Shown here piece after piece: positions 20,301 through 28,769 of a stretch of DNA of 64,000 nt; within the stretch, counting starts at the first letter, position 1, and every line of letters starts with the position of its first letter. The stretch comes from an uncultured bacterium. GTDB lineage: Bacteria; JAGOEH01. The notes beneath the pieces are model-generated. The model made no database searches. It was not told where the DNA came from and saw only the letters and a program-made list of their open reading frames with translations. The stretch is from the NCBI GenBank assembly GCA_964632485.1, contig CAZWDO010000020.1, positions 1 through 64,000 of the forward strand, read 5' to 3'. Both the position numbers and the translations under genes were made by a program.

Positions 20301-21674
20301 CCGGCCGTTCCGAAGGGATATATATTTTGAATCCTGGCCGCCGATTTCAAAAACCGTATCTACATCGGGATTGGCCATCACTGCGGCTTTGCCCTGGGCG
20401 GTAATTTCGTTGCGAATAATATCACCACCCACAAAATCGGCAATCAGATATCGGCCCGAACCGGTAACTCCGACACCTTTAACCTCAACCTGACTTCCAC
20501 ATTCTTCCAGTAATGATTTCATCCCGAGCCGAACCGCTTCGAGGGGTTGGCCGGCGGTCATTAAATAGCGTTTTGTCAATAATTTAGCGTTCTCGTCCAG
20601 CAAAATCAGGTTGGTGCTGACCGAACCGATATCGATTCCCAGAAAAACGGGAACAGAATCGTTCGGGTTTTCATTTTGCCAGGGGGTATGATCATCCAAA
20701 CGAAAAAATGTATCATTGTCAAGGGGCAGGGGCGTTGATGGGCCTGATATTGGATTTTTAGGACGAGTTTGATAATAGCGGGATTGATTGAGGGGTTGTT
20801 GTTGTTCGGTGTGTTCATTACTGCTGCTTTTCCAATCCCGTAGTTGATTTAATAGATTTTCGCGCGTCATGGGCGCGCCCTCGGAAGAGCCTTGCGCGCT
20901 ATAGTATAAAGCGCCCAATGCCGGAAAAAAAGCCGCCATCGGAGGGATTGAAATTTGGTCGTTCGTGACCTGATAAACTTCCCAAAATGCTTTTTGCATG
21001 GCTGGATTATTGGCGACGCCCCCAATAAAGAGAGCCGGTAAGTCGGGAGTTTTCCCTTTGCCGATCGTGCTTTTGAAATTTTGTGCGACTGCCAGGCACA
21101 ATCCATAGAGAATATCTTCCGTTGTAGTTCCGATTTGCTGAGAGTGAATCATGTCCGATTTGGCAAAAACACTGCACCGGCCGGCGATACGGGCCGGATG
21201 CGTGGATTGCTGGGCTAATTGGCTGAACGTTTCGATATCGATGCCCAGCCGGTGGGCTTGTTGATCGAGAAAAGAACCAGTCCCTGCCGCGCAGAGCCCA
21301 TTGGTATAAAAATCATGAATTGTATTGCGTCCGGAACGGGAGCTGAGAAAAATTAGTTTCGCGTCTTCACCGCCCATTTCGATGATTGATCGGCATTGGG
21401 GTTGGCGCGCCTGAGCCGCTTCCACAATGGCTAAAACTTCATTGACATGGGGGCAGTTCATCTCCTGCGCCATGCGTTCACTCCCATTTCCCGTGAAGGA
21501 TAGACGAAACTGTTGTCCTGTTATTTCCGGAATAAATGATTCCAGATTTTCAACCAATACTTGTCGGATATTCCCATTATGCCGGATATAACGGGTATGA
21601 ATATTTTGATCCGCTTGAATCCAAATTAATTTTAATGCAATTGAACCGATATCGATTCCCAATTGGTCAACCAT
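17394..21674 (-). CDS. CoA-substrate-specific enzyme activase (two BcrAD/BadFG ASKHA domains + DUF2229/HgdD-like domains)
   Basis: Two GIDIGS motifs, two CAAGTGSFL, RCSVFAKSD/RCTVFIESD, NFGCGPDS, GPCRFGQY, PFGCMPG. Start ATG 21674 with RBS GAGGAG. Confidence 0.9.
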   Translation of the reverse strand: MVDQLGIDIGSIALKLIWIQADQNIHTRYIRHNGNIRQVLVENLESFIPEITGQQFRLSFTGNGSERMAQEMNCPHVNEVLAIVEAAQARQPQCRSIIEMGGEDAKLIFLSSRSGRNTIHDFYTNGLCAAGTGSFLDQQAHRLGIDIETFSQLAQQSTHPARIAGRCSVFAKSDMIHSQQIGTTTEDILYGLCLAVAQNFKSTIGKGKTPDLPALFIGGVANNPAMQKAFWEVYQVTNDQISIPPMAAFFPALGALYYSAQGSSEGAPMTRENLLNQLRDWKSSSNEHTEQQQPLNQSRYYQTRPKNPISGPSTPLPLDNDTFFRLDDHTPWQNENPNDSVPVFLGIDIGSVSTNLILLDENAKLLTKRYLMTAGQPLEAVRLGMKSLLEECGSQVEVKGVGVTGSGRYLIADFVGGDIIRNEITAQGKAAVMANPDVDTVFEIGGQDSKYISLRNGRVIDFEMNKVCAAGTGSFLEEQAHELNVSIKDEFARIAFEAEQPARLGERCTVFIESDLKRHFHQGYDRANLIAGLAYSIAYNYLNKVVVHRKIGNTILFQGGVANNLAVCAAFELILGKPVQVPDHNNVTGAIGIAALALENWRQTAFKTRFEGFDLSRHKTHSQTFNCRECENLCEIHQVSISGRAPLYYGSRCEKYNIDKQKLKNTQLPINLLEQRWKRLTDSLSKQDVNEKGLTIGIPMGLFFWEYLPFWQTFFNALNFRIVTSRKTSPVTIRRGLSLFTTESCYPVKVAMGHISELAQQPIDALFIPNFINTPIKYAGTTHTHACPMVQSFPDIIRPILKQTNCSIPVWQPNIQMKYGDSHIVGELLQIPELAVQGKKRLYQALQKAEDAQQLFQSDLLETGRTYLREMEQQNRKVLVLIGRSYNVGDSGLNLDLAAKLQKMGVSVISMDYLPLQDVPIGQDYPNMFWHYGQKILAAIKYIAGDPNLYGVYVTNFGCGPDSYILQYGEREFGHKPFLTLEIDEHSADAGLITRCEAFLDSLENIPAEHKRHEYHVRKPYFRKHDLAQRILYIPHMGDQAHTIAAAFRAYQIDARVFPPSDEKTLELGRKYSTGKECYPYLVTLGDIIKIIHQENGNHDRLAFFMPSATGPCRFGQYHFMQNLVLNEMGYQNVYFINPNQGKDFYRELRISNRGFELLAWNSIILSEMLGKLLRETRPYERQAGKTDQVYQDWLEKICHHIEQKRNPRELADSLIREFQAIPVEKKGSRPVVGLVGEIFVRNHEFSNEQIARQLEVAGLEVWLPTISEWVYYTNHTRKYHTRLKKDWKTLFGTIITDFIQHRIERRYELDFHHHLRNNKEPIIPQLLDYSEAYLSRQYESEACLTIAKAFDYHQKGATGIVNTMPFGCMPGNIVSALSDTVRTHLNDLPWLNIAFDGNGSINLNTRIQAFVAQVKAFDPNQRSPK

Positions 21675-21787
21675 GTATTTCTCCTCTATGAAATCGCAAC
21701 CAACATATCCAGACGATGGGATTTTGGCTTTAACTTGTTTTATCAAACAGGTTCAAGTGAACCGATTTGAGATTTTTTTGTCGCTTA

Positions 21788-21816
21788 AATTTACATATAA
21801 ATATAAGGAATGTCAA
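21788..21816 (-). promoter_or_regulatory. sigma70-like promoter for activase-GHL10 operon
   Basis: TTGACA-N17-TAAATT. Confidence 0.5.
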
Positions 21817-21990
21817 GTAAAAAAAAAGGGGATATCTGGTTTCATTGCCATAAAGCGCCCTGATCGCCCATTTTCGCGGAATAACAAAATATAGGATTAA
21901 CCCAGATTTAAATAATCTGGGATTCCATCAAGTTATAGGAATAACCGCTATCCCTATCCAAGTCATTTTTGGGATAATAAAAATGAGCTG

Positions 21991-22144
21991 TTATTAAAAA
22001 GGAATTTCCTCGAAACCCTCCATGTCGGGAATGTTCGGTTTCGGCGGTAGTTGCGCAGGGGGCTGAGCGGCTGCTGGCGGTTTTCTTACGATACCTTTTA
22101 GGTTTTATATTTCAAATAATAATCAATTATTCATAAATTGTCAA
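21991..22144 (-). other. orphan small transcription unit (candidate sRNA or micropeptide/SSB-tail remnant)
   Basis: TTGACA(22144-22139)-N17-TATTAT(22121-22116); GC-rich body of about 110 nt; 3' hairpin AGGGTTTC-GAG-GAAATTCCT followed by a T-run. Confidence 0.4.
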
Positions 22145-22249
22145 ATATTTATAGTAATGTGAAAAAAAATCAAGGGAACTTATTAACCGCCATTTTTGCT
22201 TTCTTCTGACGATGATTTGTTTCAAAAAAATACGATGATAATTTTTTTC

Positions 22250-22278
22250 TTGACTTCTTGGATCGGATAGGTTAATAT
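22250..22278 (+). promoter_or_regulatory. sigma70-like promoter for GNAT gene
   Basis: TTGACT-N17-TAATAT. Confidence 0.5.
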
Positions 22279-22459
22279 ATTTTACAACGTTCTCAATTTG
22301 CTGCCAATCTAAGGAATGATATAGAATTGGCTGAAAATCAGAAAGGGTGCATAATGGTACGAACCCCCTGCTGTAATAACTCTTTAGCCGTGATGGAGAG
22401 GGTGTTTAGCGGGTCAAATCTTAGTGTAGCCTTCAACTTATTAACCAGATAGGAAGAGA

Positions 22460-23314
22460 ATGATGCAGAAAAGTAATTATACCATTCGGACGATGACGCG
22501 CGGGGAAGTGGATATTGCCGTTGAGTGGGCGGCGGCCGAAGGATGGAATCCCGGCAATTTCGATGCGAATTGTTTTTATGCTGCGGACCCAACCGGTTTT
22601 CTTGTTGGATTGCTAGGAGATGAAGCCATTGCAACGATTTCGGTGGTCAAGTATGGTAATTCCTTCGGTTTCCTTGGTTTTTATATCGTCAAGCCGGCGT
22701 ATCGCGGTATGGGATACGGTATTCAGATATGGAATGCCGGCCTCGAATTACTTAGAGGTTATACGATTGGCCTGGATGGAGTGGTTGCTCAGCAGAGCAA
22801 CTATAAAAAGTCGGGGTTTATACTGGCTCATCGAAATGTCCGCTATCAGGGAAATGGTGGCGGGTTTTTCCCGAATGACTCAGACATCGTCCCGTTATCC
22901 ACACTCCCATTTGATGCAATAGGGGCTTATGACAAACCATTTTTCTCTGACGATCGAATGCAATTCCTGAAGCGCTGGATCAATCAACCCCAGTGTACGG
23001 CGTTTGGCATACTGCATAACCGCAAGTTGGCTGGTTACGGCGTACTTCGCCCGTGTCGCATCGGATATAAAATAGGTCCCTTATTTGCGGACACCCCGGA
23101 TTTTGCAGAGCGTTTATTTTTAGCTTTGAAGTCGCAAGTACCTGACGGGGTTCCGATTTTTCTGGACACGCCGGCGGTAAATTCGTTGGCAGTCGATTTA
23201 GCGCAACGATATAATCTGATCGTTGCGTTTGAGACGGCTCGTATGTACAGAGGGATAACTCCTGATCTACCATTAGATCGAATTTTTGGCGTGACGACTT
23301 TCGAGCTGGGGTGA
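22460..23314 (+). CDS. tandem-GNAT acetyltransferase (YitH-like)
   Basis: WAAAEGWNPG, YRGMGYGIQIW, IGLDGVVAQQSNY, KIGPLFAD, FETARMY, TTFELG. Confidence 0.85.
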   Translation: MMQKSNYTIRTMTRGEVDIAVEWAAAEGWNPGNFDANCFYAADPTGFLVGLLGDEAIATISVVKYGNSFGFLGFYIVKPAYRGMGYGIQIWNAGLELLRGYTIGLDGVVAQQSNYKKSGFILAHRNVRYQGNGGGFFPNDSDIVPLSTLPFDAIGAYDKPFFSDDRMQFLKRWINQPQCTAFGILHNRKLAGYGVLRPCRIGYKIGPLFADTPDFAERLFLALKSQVPDGVPIFLDTPAVNSLAVDLAQRYNLIVAFETARMYRGITPDLPLDRIFGVTTFELG

Positions 23315-23377
23315 TCAAGGATATCAAGGATTGAAATTTATAGAAATGATCAAAATTTGCAACCATATAATAACTAA

Positions 23378-24718
23378 TTACATAGATAGGATCAGGTGGC
23401 GATCCATTAACGCCTGGACTGAATCCTGGGCTTTTTTTATGGTACGATAGGCTTGTTGATAGAGTTCGTTAAAGCTAAGATGGGTAATCGTTGCCACACC
23501 ATCGGCAACAGCCTGGCAGGCGATCGCGGCGGCTTCTGCGGGAAAGACAGGGAACTCATCCATTTTAGGGATGATATAATCCGGACGAATTCCGTTATGC
23601 CGGGCGTAATCGGCCAAAGATCGGGCGGCGGCGATGCACATGGTGTCGGTGATACGGCGGGCTTGAACATCGAGAACTCCGCGGAAGATCGCCGGGAATC
23701 CCAGTGAGTTATTTACCTGATTCGGGAAATCGGAACGTCCGGTGGCAACGATGAAAGCGCCCGCTTCGTGGGCTTCCCAGGGCCAAATTTCGGGAGTGGG
23801 ATTGGAGCAGGCAAAGACTATTGAGCGTTTAGCCATATCGGATATCCAGCTTTTCTGGATGATCCCGGGACCGGGTTGCGATAGGGCGATCAGGGCATCA
23901 GCGCCTTTGAGCGCGCTGGCAATATCCCCCCGCCATTGGCCAGAATTGGTGATTTCGCAGTATCGCCATTTGTAGGGATGTGTTTTTTGTAAATCGTCGC
24001 GGAATAAACCCAGAGGCCCTTTGGTATCAAACAGAATCAAATTGCCGGGAACTGCTCCTCCTGCAATCAGCAGGCGGGCAATAGCCAGGTTAGCGGCGCC
24101 TGCTCCCAGTAACACAATGCGGGCATCGGCTATCGATTTTTCTGCAAGTTCTAACGCATTGATCAGTCCGGCCAACGTCACCAGCGCTGTGCCCTGTTGA
24201 TCATCATGCCACACCGGAATAACAGCTTCGCGGGTCAAGCGATCGAGAACTTCAAAACATTTGGGTTGGGCGATATCTTCCAGATTAATACCGCCAAAAG
24301 TAGGTTGTATCCATTTAACAAATTGAATTATTTCCTCGGCTTTATGGCTTGATACACATAGGGGAATGGCGTCAACACCTCCTAAATATTTGAATATCAG
24401 CGCTTTGCCCTCCATGACGGGTAATCCCGCCTCGGGACCGATGTCTCCCAAACCCAACACTCGGCTGCCATCCGAAACGACCGCCACCATATTGGCTTTG
24501 TTGGTATAAGTGTTAACCAGGGCGGGATCGGCTTTTATCCGTAAACACGGGTCAGCCACACCCGGAGAATACCAGTAACTGAAATCATTCAGTTCATGGA
24601 TTGCGCATTTAGCAGTTATCTGGATTTTTCCCTGGTAAAAACGATGCCGCTCTTCGGCAATTCGCGCCGGTTCTGCGGCCCGCTGGAGCCGCTCTTCCTG
24701 ATGTCCTCCCATGTTCAT
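23378..24718 (-). CDS. NAD(P)-dependent malic enzyme (short type, no PTA domain)
   Basis: YSPGVA, VLGLGDIGP, PVMEGKA, GINLEDI, HDDQQGTA, GAGAA, TGRSDFPNQVNN. Confidence 0.93.
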   Translation of the reverse strand: MNMGGHQEERLQRAAEPARIAEERHRFYQGKIQITAKCAIHELNDFSYWYSPGVADPCLRIKADPALVNTYTNKANMVAVVSDGSRVLGLGDIGPEAGLPVMEGKALIFKYLGGVDAIPLCVSSHKAEEIIQFVKWIQPTFGGINLEDIAQPKCFEVLDRLTREAVIPVWHDDQQGTALVTLAGLINALELAEKSIADARIVLLGAGAANLAIARLLIAGGAVPGNLILFDTKGPLGLFRDDLQKTHPYKWRYCEITNSGQWRGDIASALKGADALIALSQPGPGIIQKSWISDMAKRSIVFACSNPTPEIWPWEAHEAGAFIVATGRSDFPNQVNNSLGFPAIFRGVLDVQARRITDTMCIAAARSLADYARHNGIRPDYIIPKMDEFPVFPAEAAAIACQAVADGVATITHLSFNELYQQAYRTIKKAQDSVQALMDRHLILSM

Positions 24719-24987
24719 TTCCGTCCGTTTCTTTTTCTTTTGCGCAGTCTTAAGTCCAGTAACCCTTCCAGACGGGATTCTAAAAAACGTTTTTTCCAGG
24801 TACTGATACTTTCACGAGAAATTGACAATTCTTCTTCCATTTGTTTGACCGGCACCTGATCATACGAATATATAATGATCTTTGCGCGCCGTCTTAACCG
24901 TTCATTCGTTTCCGGATCAGATATCCAACTCATCAATTGCTCTCGCTCTTCTGGAGAAATTTTTTGGATTTTTAGTCGCTTGGCCAT
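24715..24987 (-). CDS. small helix-turn-helix protein resembling the IS630 transposase N-terminal HTH
   Basis: EEREQL...LRRRAKIII...LSISRESISTWKKRFLESRLEGLLD; RBS AAGGAG; ATGA overlap with malic enzyme; upstream TTGACA-N16-TATATT. Confidence 0.7.
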   Translation of the reverse strand: MAKRLKIQKISPEEREQLMSWISDPETNERLRRRAKIIIYSYDQVPVKQMEEELSISRESISTWKKRFLESRLEGLLDLRLRKRKRNGRK

Positions 24988-25145
24988 CCTCAGCTCCTTT
25001 TCTTGACTTCTAATATAATATCCAAAAGAGATTTGTCAAGTTTTTTTTTTCAGTAAAAATTTATTGACTTTTTTTATTTTTTTTTTAAGTTTAAAACAAA
25101 TGAGCGCTTAAAGGAGAATTGATCTCCTCCGGAGTCATTGTCATA

Positions 25146-25286
25146 ATGTTCCTTCAACCAATTCGATATTGGGTATTTCAGTTGCGCCTTCGCTGGTTCA
25201 GGAAGAGACGCGCATCATCGCATCCAGTTAATCTGGAAATCCCCGATGGGTGGCCAGCGTTCAGTTCGTTAACACTATTCGATTGA
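25146..25286 (+). CDS. small basic/hydrophobic hypothetical protein (46 aa; absent from the ORF track)
   Basis: MFLQPIRYWVFQLRLRWFRKRRASSHPVNLEIPDGWPAFSSLTLFD* fills the gap between a promoter (TTGACT 25064) and the GGDEF gene; its stop overlaps the next RBS GAGGTG. Confidence 0.35.
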   Translation: MFLQPIRYWVFQLRLRWFRKRRASSHPVNLEIPDGWPAFSSLTLFD

Positions 25287-25294
25287 GGTGAAAT

Positions 25295-27307
25295 TTGTTA
25301 CCCCTTATTTTTTCGGAAGAGTTCAGGTATCATGAAGTTTTAAATGTGTTTAAAGGGCAGGCTCTGGAATTTTACGACAAATTGCCGGTTTCCGGTTTAT
25401 CCGGGCCGGCAATGATTATCGGTTCGGCAGAATTTTTAACTTCTGTTGAAGGCATCTCTTTCAACGGCAACTTTTATCTGGTTTTGGTAGGGGAAGACGC
25501 AGATGATCGAATCGATTGGGACAGTTTTATTTCTCCGCGTGAACTGACCCGGCGGTTACCACGGGTGGTTCGTCGCTGGCGAGAGCATTGCCAGTATTGG
25601 CAATCGCTGAATCCGTTGTCTGGCCTGCCGGGGAATCTCATTATTGAGTGTTATATCAATGAAAATTTGCGTAATCATTCGATAAAAGCAGTGATGTATC
25701 TTGATTTGAATCATTTTAAAGCGTTCAACGATTATATGGGTTTTTTTATGGGAGATAAGGTAATTCAGGCCATGTCCCGGATTTTGAAAACGGTCGCTGA
25801 CCGGTTTTCGGAATATGATCCTTTTATTGGTCATATTGGCGGTGACGATTTTATTTATATCAGCCGACATGAGCAGCCTGAAGTTGAAGGCCGGGCAATT
25901 CTGGAGGCATTTCAGCAGGTACTGGGCGAATTTTATTCACCGGAAGAGATGGCTCGTCGTTATATCATTCAAACTGATCGGCAGGGAGTGAGACGGCAGG
26001 TGCCGGTATTAGGGCTTGCAATTGCCATGATTGACAATCTCTCAAAATTTTCGCGGGTGGAATCACTCAGTGTATTTGCCGGAATTCTTAAGAAAGCTGC
26101 TAAAGCCCGGGCTCTGACCGTGAACCATAGTGTTATGGTCTCCGCTCGCGATTATCAAGCGGAAGGAGATTGCCTCACTGGGGAACAGATTCATTTCCCT
26201 CCTGCTATGTTGAAGGCCTGGCTGGAGGCTATGGGTGAATCGAATCAGATTGAGTTTATTGAATTGATTGAACAGTATGTGAGCAAACCCCATCCTCCGG
26301 CAATTCGTAAAAGCGCGATTTATGGATTGGGACGATTGTTGCAGTTGGCGCCGAAAGAGTTGCGTTACCAGTATTTGCCTGTGTTCAGCAGTTGGACGGA
26401 GAATGCTAATCCACATATCCGCATGCGGGCGGTGGAAGCCCTGGCCGGTCTGCAACTGAGTGAAGGCGTTGGCTGTTTACTGGCTCGCTTTCACGATAGA
26501 AATCCCTATGTTATCGCCGCCGCTATCCGTTCAAGCGCTGAACTGCAACTCCCTAATGCGCTTGAACTGACTCTTGATCTGGTTGGCAACCGCCATCCGG
26601 CTATCAGGGAAGCATTGATTTCTTATGCCGCGCAAATGGTGGACGGCCGTTTTAAGCCTCTGTTGCTCAGATTGCTGCGCCTGCGGAACGATAAGATCAA
26701 ATACCAGCTAATGCATGCCTTACGGGCTTATGCGGACGCCATGTTTCTACCCGGGATTTTGTCTCTGATCCAGAAAAAGAAACCCATTTTTCTCGCTATT
26801 GCCGCATTGGAATTGCTCATCCACTGGCAGGAAATGAATGTTGAATTACCCCGTCGAACGCTGGTAAATTGGTTTTTAGATGCCTGGGATACCGCGGATG
26901 CTTCTTCAGATTGGGTGATCCGGTTTTTAAGTCTGGTGGAACGATTCCCTGAGTATTCACTCAATAAGGCGCTTATTGGCAAGTTCCATGATGTCAATCC
27001 CGCGCTTTATCCGGCGATCATTCAATATCTGGACCTTCACTATCAGGCGGAGGATTGGCCGTTTATTGGATCTTTATTGCTTAATAGCGTTCAGGGAGAA
27101 TCTGTTACGCTTTCTTTGATCCAATATATAAAAAACCATCCCAATCGACAAGCCGTCGATTGGCTGCGGAATGAATTGAAAAGTGATGCTTCACTGATAC
27201 GATATCAAGCCGGACAGGCGCTGATCCGGTTTTTTCGTATGCCAATGACTGATGAATTAAACCCCATTGAATCCGCAAAAGTTATTATTAGCGGCGGAAA
27301 AGGATAA
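25295..27307 (+). CDS. diguanylate cyclase-like (GGDDF) domain fused to HEAT repeats
   Basis: NPLSGLPGN, YLDLNHFKAFNDYMGFFMGD, GHIGGDDF; HEAT-like repeats (IRKSAIYGLG, IRMRAVEALA, IRYQAGQAL). Confidence 0.8.
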   Translation: MLPLIFSEEFRYHEVLNVFKGQALEFYDKLPVSGLSGPAMIIGSAEFLTSVEGISFNGNFYLVLVGEDADDRIDWDSFISPRELTRRLPRVVRRWREHCQYWQSLNPLSGLPGNLIIECYINENLRNHSIKAVMYLDLNHFKAFNDYMGFFMGDKVIQAMSRILKTVADRFSEYDPFIGHIGGDDFIYISRHEQPEVEGRAILEAFQQVLGEFYSPEEMARRYIIQTDRQGVRRQVPVLGLAIAMIDNLSKFSRVESLSVFAGILKKAAKARALTVNHSVMVSARDYQAEGDCLTGEQIHFPPAMLKAWLEAMGESNQIEFIELIEQYVSKPHPPAIRKSAIYGLGRLLQLAPKELRYQYLPVFSSWTENANPHIRMRAVEALAGLQLSEGVGCLLARFHDRNPYVIAAAIRSSAELQLPNALELTLDLVGNRHPAIREALISYAAQMVDGRFKPLLLRLLRLRNDKIKYQLMHALRAYADAMFLPGILSLIQKKKPIFLAIAALELLIHWQEMNVELPRRTLVNWFLDAWDTADASSDWVIRFLSLVERFPEYSLNKALIGKFHDVNPALYPAIIQYLDLHYQAEDWPFIGSLLLNSVQGESVTLSLIQYIKNHPNRQAVDWLRNELKSDASLIRYQAGQALIRFFRMPMTDELNPIESAKVIISGGKG

Positions 27308-27311
27308 TGTA

Positions 27312-28589
27312 ATGGATTTTTTAACAAAAGTGAAAATATTTGAACCGATTTTACAGCATCGGGAACCCCTGCGCTCGACCGATCGGTTAATGCAGATTAT
27401 TTTTGAGGAACGCGGTTTCATCGATTCATTATGGCTTCGGTTTTACCGACGTAAAAAAGTAATGCCGGCAAAAATAGCGGCGATATTTTATATTGCTTCA
27501 AGTGAAATTCTGTTTTTTGAGAGGAATATTCATGCCTTGACGATTAAACAAGCCCTTGACGCTGTCAGAGGTTGCCCCTGGTCATTCTGGGCGAAGCCGT
27601 TGCAGGCTTTTTGGGCTATGTTGATTACGCGACGCGAAGAATTTCTAAATGAGCGTAAGCTCAACTCGGATCAATTTATAGAGCTTTCATTTGATCCCTG
27701 GCTGGTTCAACGTTGGAAAGATCGTTATGGCCTCGAGCAAACCCGGGTATTGATCGAGTATTTTCAAAAAACGCCTTCGTTGCATTTGGTAGTGAATTTG
27801 GCATTGATTTCCACAGAACAGTACTGCCAGGCTTTAGAAACTCGGGGAATCCGTTTTGAATCTCCTTTTCCTGCTTTGCCGATAGTCGTCATTGATGAAA
27901 AGGTGACAGTACGCTCTTTACCGGGTTATGCTGATGGATGGTTTTGGGTGCAGGATACACCGGCTTTTTTACTAACGAAGCTGATTGCGCCCGGATTTTA
28001 TGAGCGGATTTTAGATGTGTGCGCTGTTCCCGGTGGAAAAAGTATGGCCTTGTCACTCTTTATTCGGGGGAATATTTGGGTGTTGAATGATCGATATTAT
28101 AAGAAATTCCCCCGATTACGGGAGAATCTCGGCCGTCTGAAGAATTCGCTGTCTCAATTGACGATCAGTGATGGCCGGGTATCCTGTTTCAAAAACAGTT
28201 TTTCACTGGTTTTGCTGGATGCTCCTTGCAGCGCGCTGGGTATCATTCAAAAAATAGGGGATCTCCGGCGCGGTAAGACACCCGAAATGATGTGTGAATT
28301 GATTGAATTGCAGTGCGCGTTACTGGAGGAAGCGGGGAGGATTGTCGCTCCCGATGGATTCCTTCTTTATTCTACATGCACCCTTGAACCGGAAGAAAAC
28401 GAACAGCAGATCGGCGGGTTTCTGCAGCGTCATCCTGATTTTCATGTCGTTTTTCCTGATTTGACTCTAAATCCCTGGCTGAAACCGTTTATCACGCCCC
28501 AGGGATATTTTTATTCGCTGCCGTTTATCCATCAGTTGAGTGGCGCTTTTGCCGCGCTGCTGCAACGCAAGCCGGGCGAATCCCGATGA
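27312..28589 (+). CDS. rsmB: RsmB/NOP2-family RNA cytosine-C5 methyltransferase
   Basis: ILDVCAVPGGKS, LLDAPCS, LYSTCTLEPEENE, SFDPWLVQRW. Start ATG 27312 (RBS AAGGA) preferred over TTG 27267. Confidence 0.8.
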   Translation: MDFLTKVKIFEPILQHREPLRSTDRLMQIIFEERGFIDSLWLRFYRRKKVMPAKIAAIFYIASSEILFFERNIHALTIKQALDAVRGCPWSFWAKPLQAFWAMLITRREEFLNERKLNSDQFIELSFDPWLVQRWKDRYGLEQTRVLIEYFQKTPSLHLVVNLALISTEQYCQALETRGIRFESPFPALPIVVIDEKVTVRSLPGYADGWFWVQDTPAFLLTKLIAPGFYERILDVCAVPGGKSMALSLFIRGNIWVLNDRYYKKFPRLRENLGRLKNSLSQLTISDGRVSCFKNSFSLVLLDAPCSALGIIQKIGDLRRGKTPEMMCELIELQCALLEEAGRIVAPDGFLLYSTCTLEPEENEQQIGGFLQRHPDFHVVFPDLTLNPWLKPFITPQGYFYSLPFIHQLSGAFAALLQRKPGESR

Positions 28590-28679
28590 TCACCCATATT
28601 TGAAAACGAGTTACTCATAAGGGATTGGTGGCTATAATCGGGTAAAATTGCTTTATTTTCAATCTTTATGAAAAAATTA

Positions 28680-28709
28680 TTGACAAAGCCAATGCTTTTT
28701 CATTATATT
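28680..28709 (+). promoter_or_regulatory. sigma70-like promoter
   Basis: TTGACA-N18-TATATT; it overlaps the first codons of the long ORF call, so the real start is downstream. Confidence 0.5.
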
Positions 28710-28769
28710 AAGGGCACGATGGAACGATTAATAAATTATTTAGACAGCGATCTTCTAGGTGAAATCACA

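Noticed and set aside
21893..21926. Inverted repeat CCCAGATT-taaat-AATCTGGG
   Set aside because: Single copy with no U-tract; no function can be assigned.
22335..22445. Possible riboswitch in the GNAT leader
   Set aside because: Some pairing potential but no motif of a family I recognise; needs an Rfam scan.
25110..25290. 6S RNA-like element
   Set aside because: Only a short central hairpin; no long 5'/3' closing stem found. An open reading frame explains the region better.
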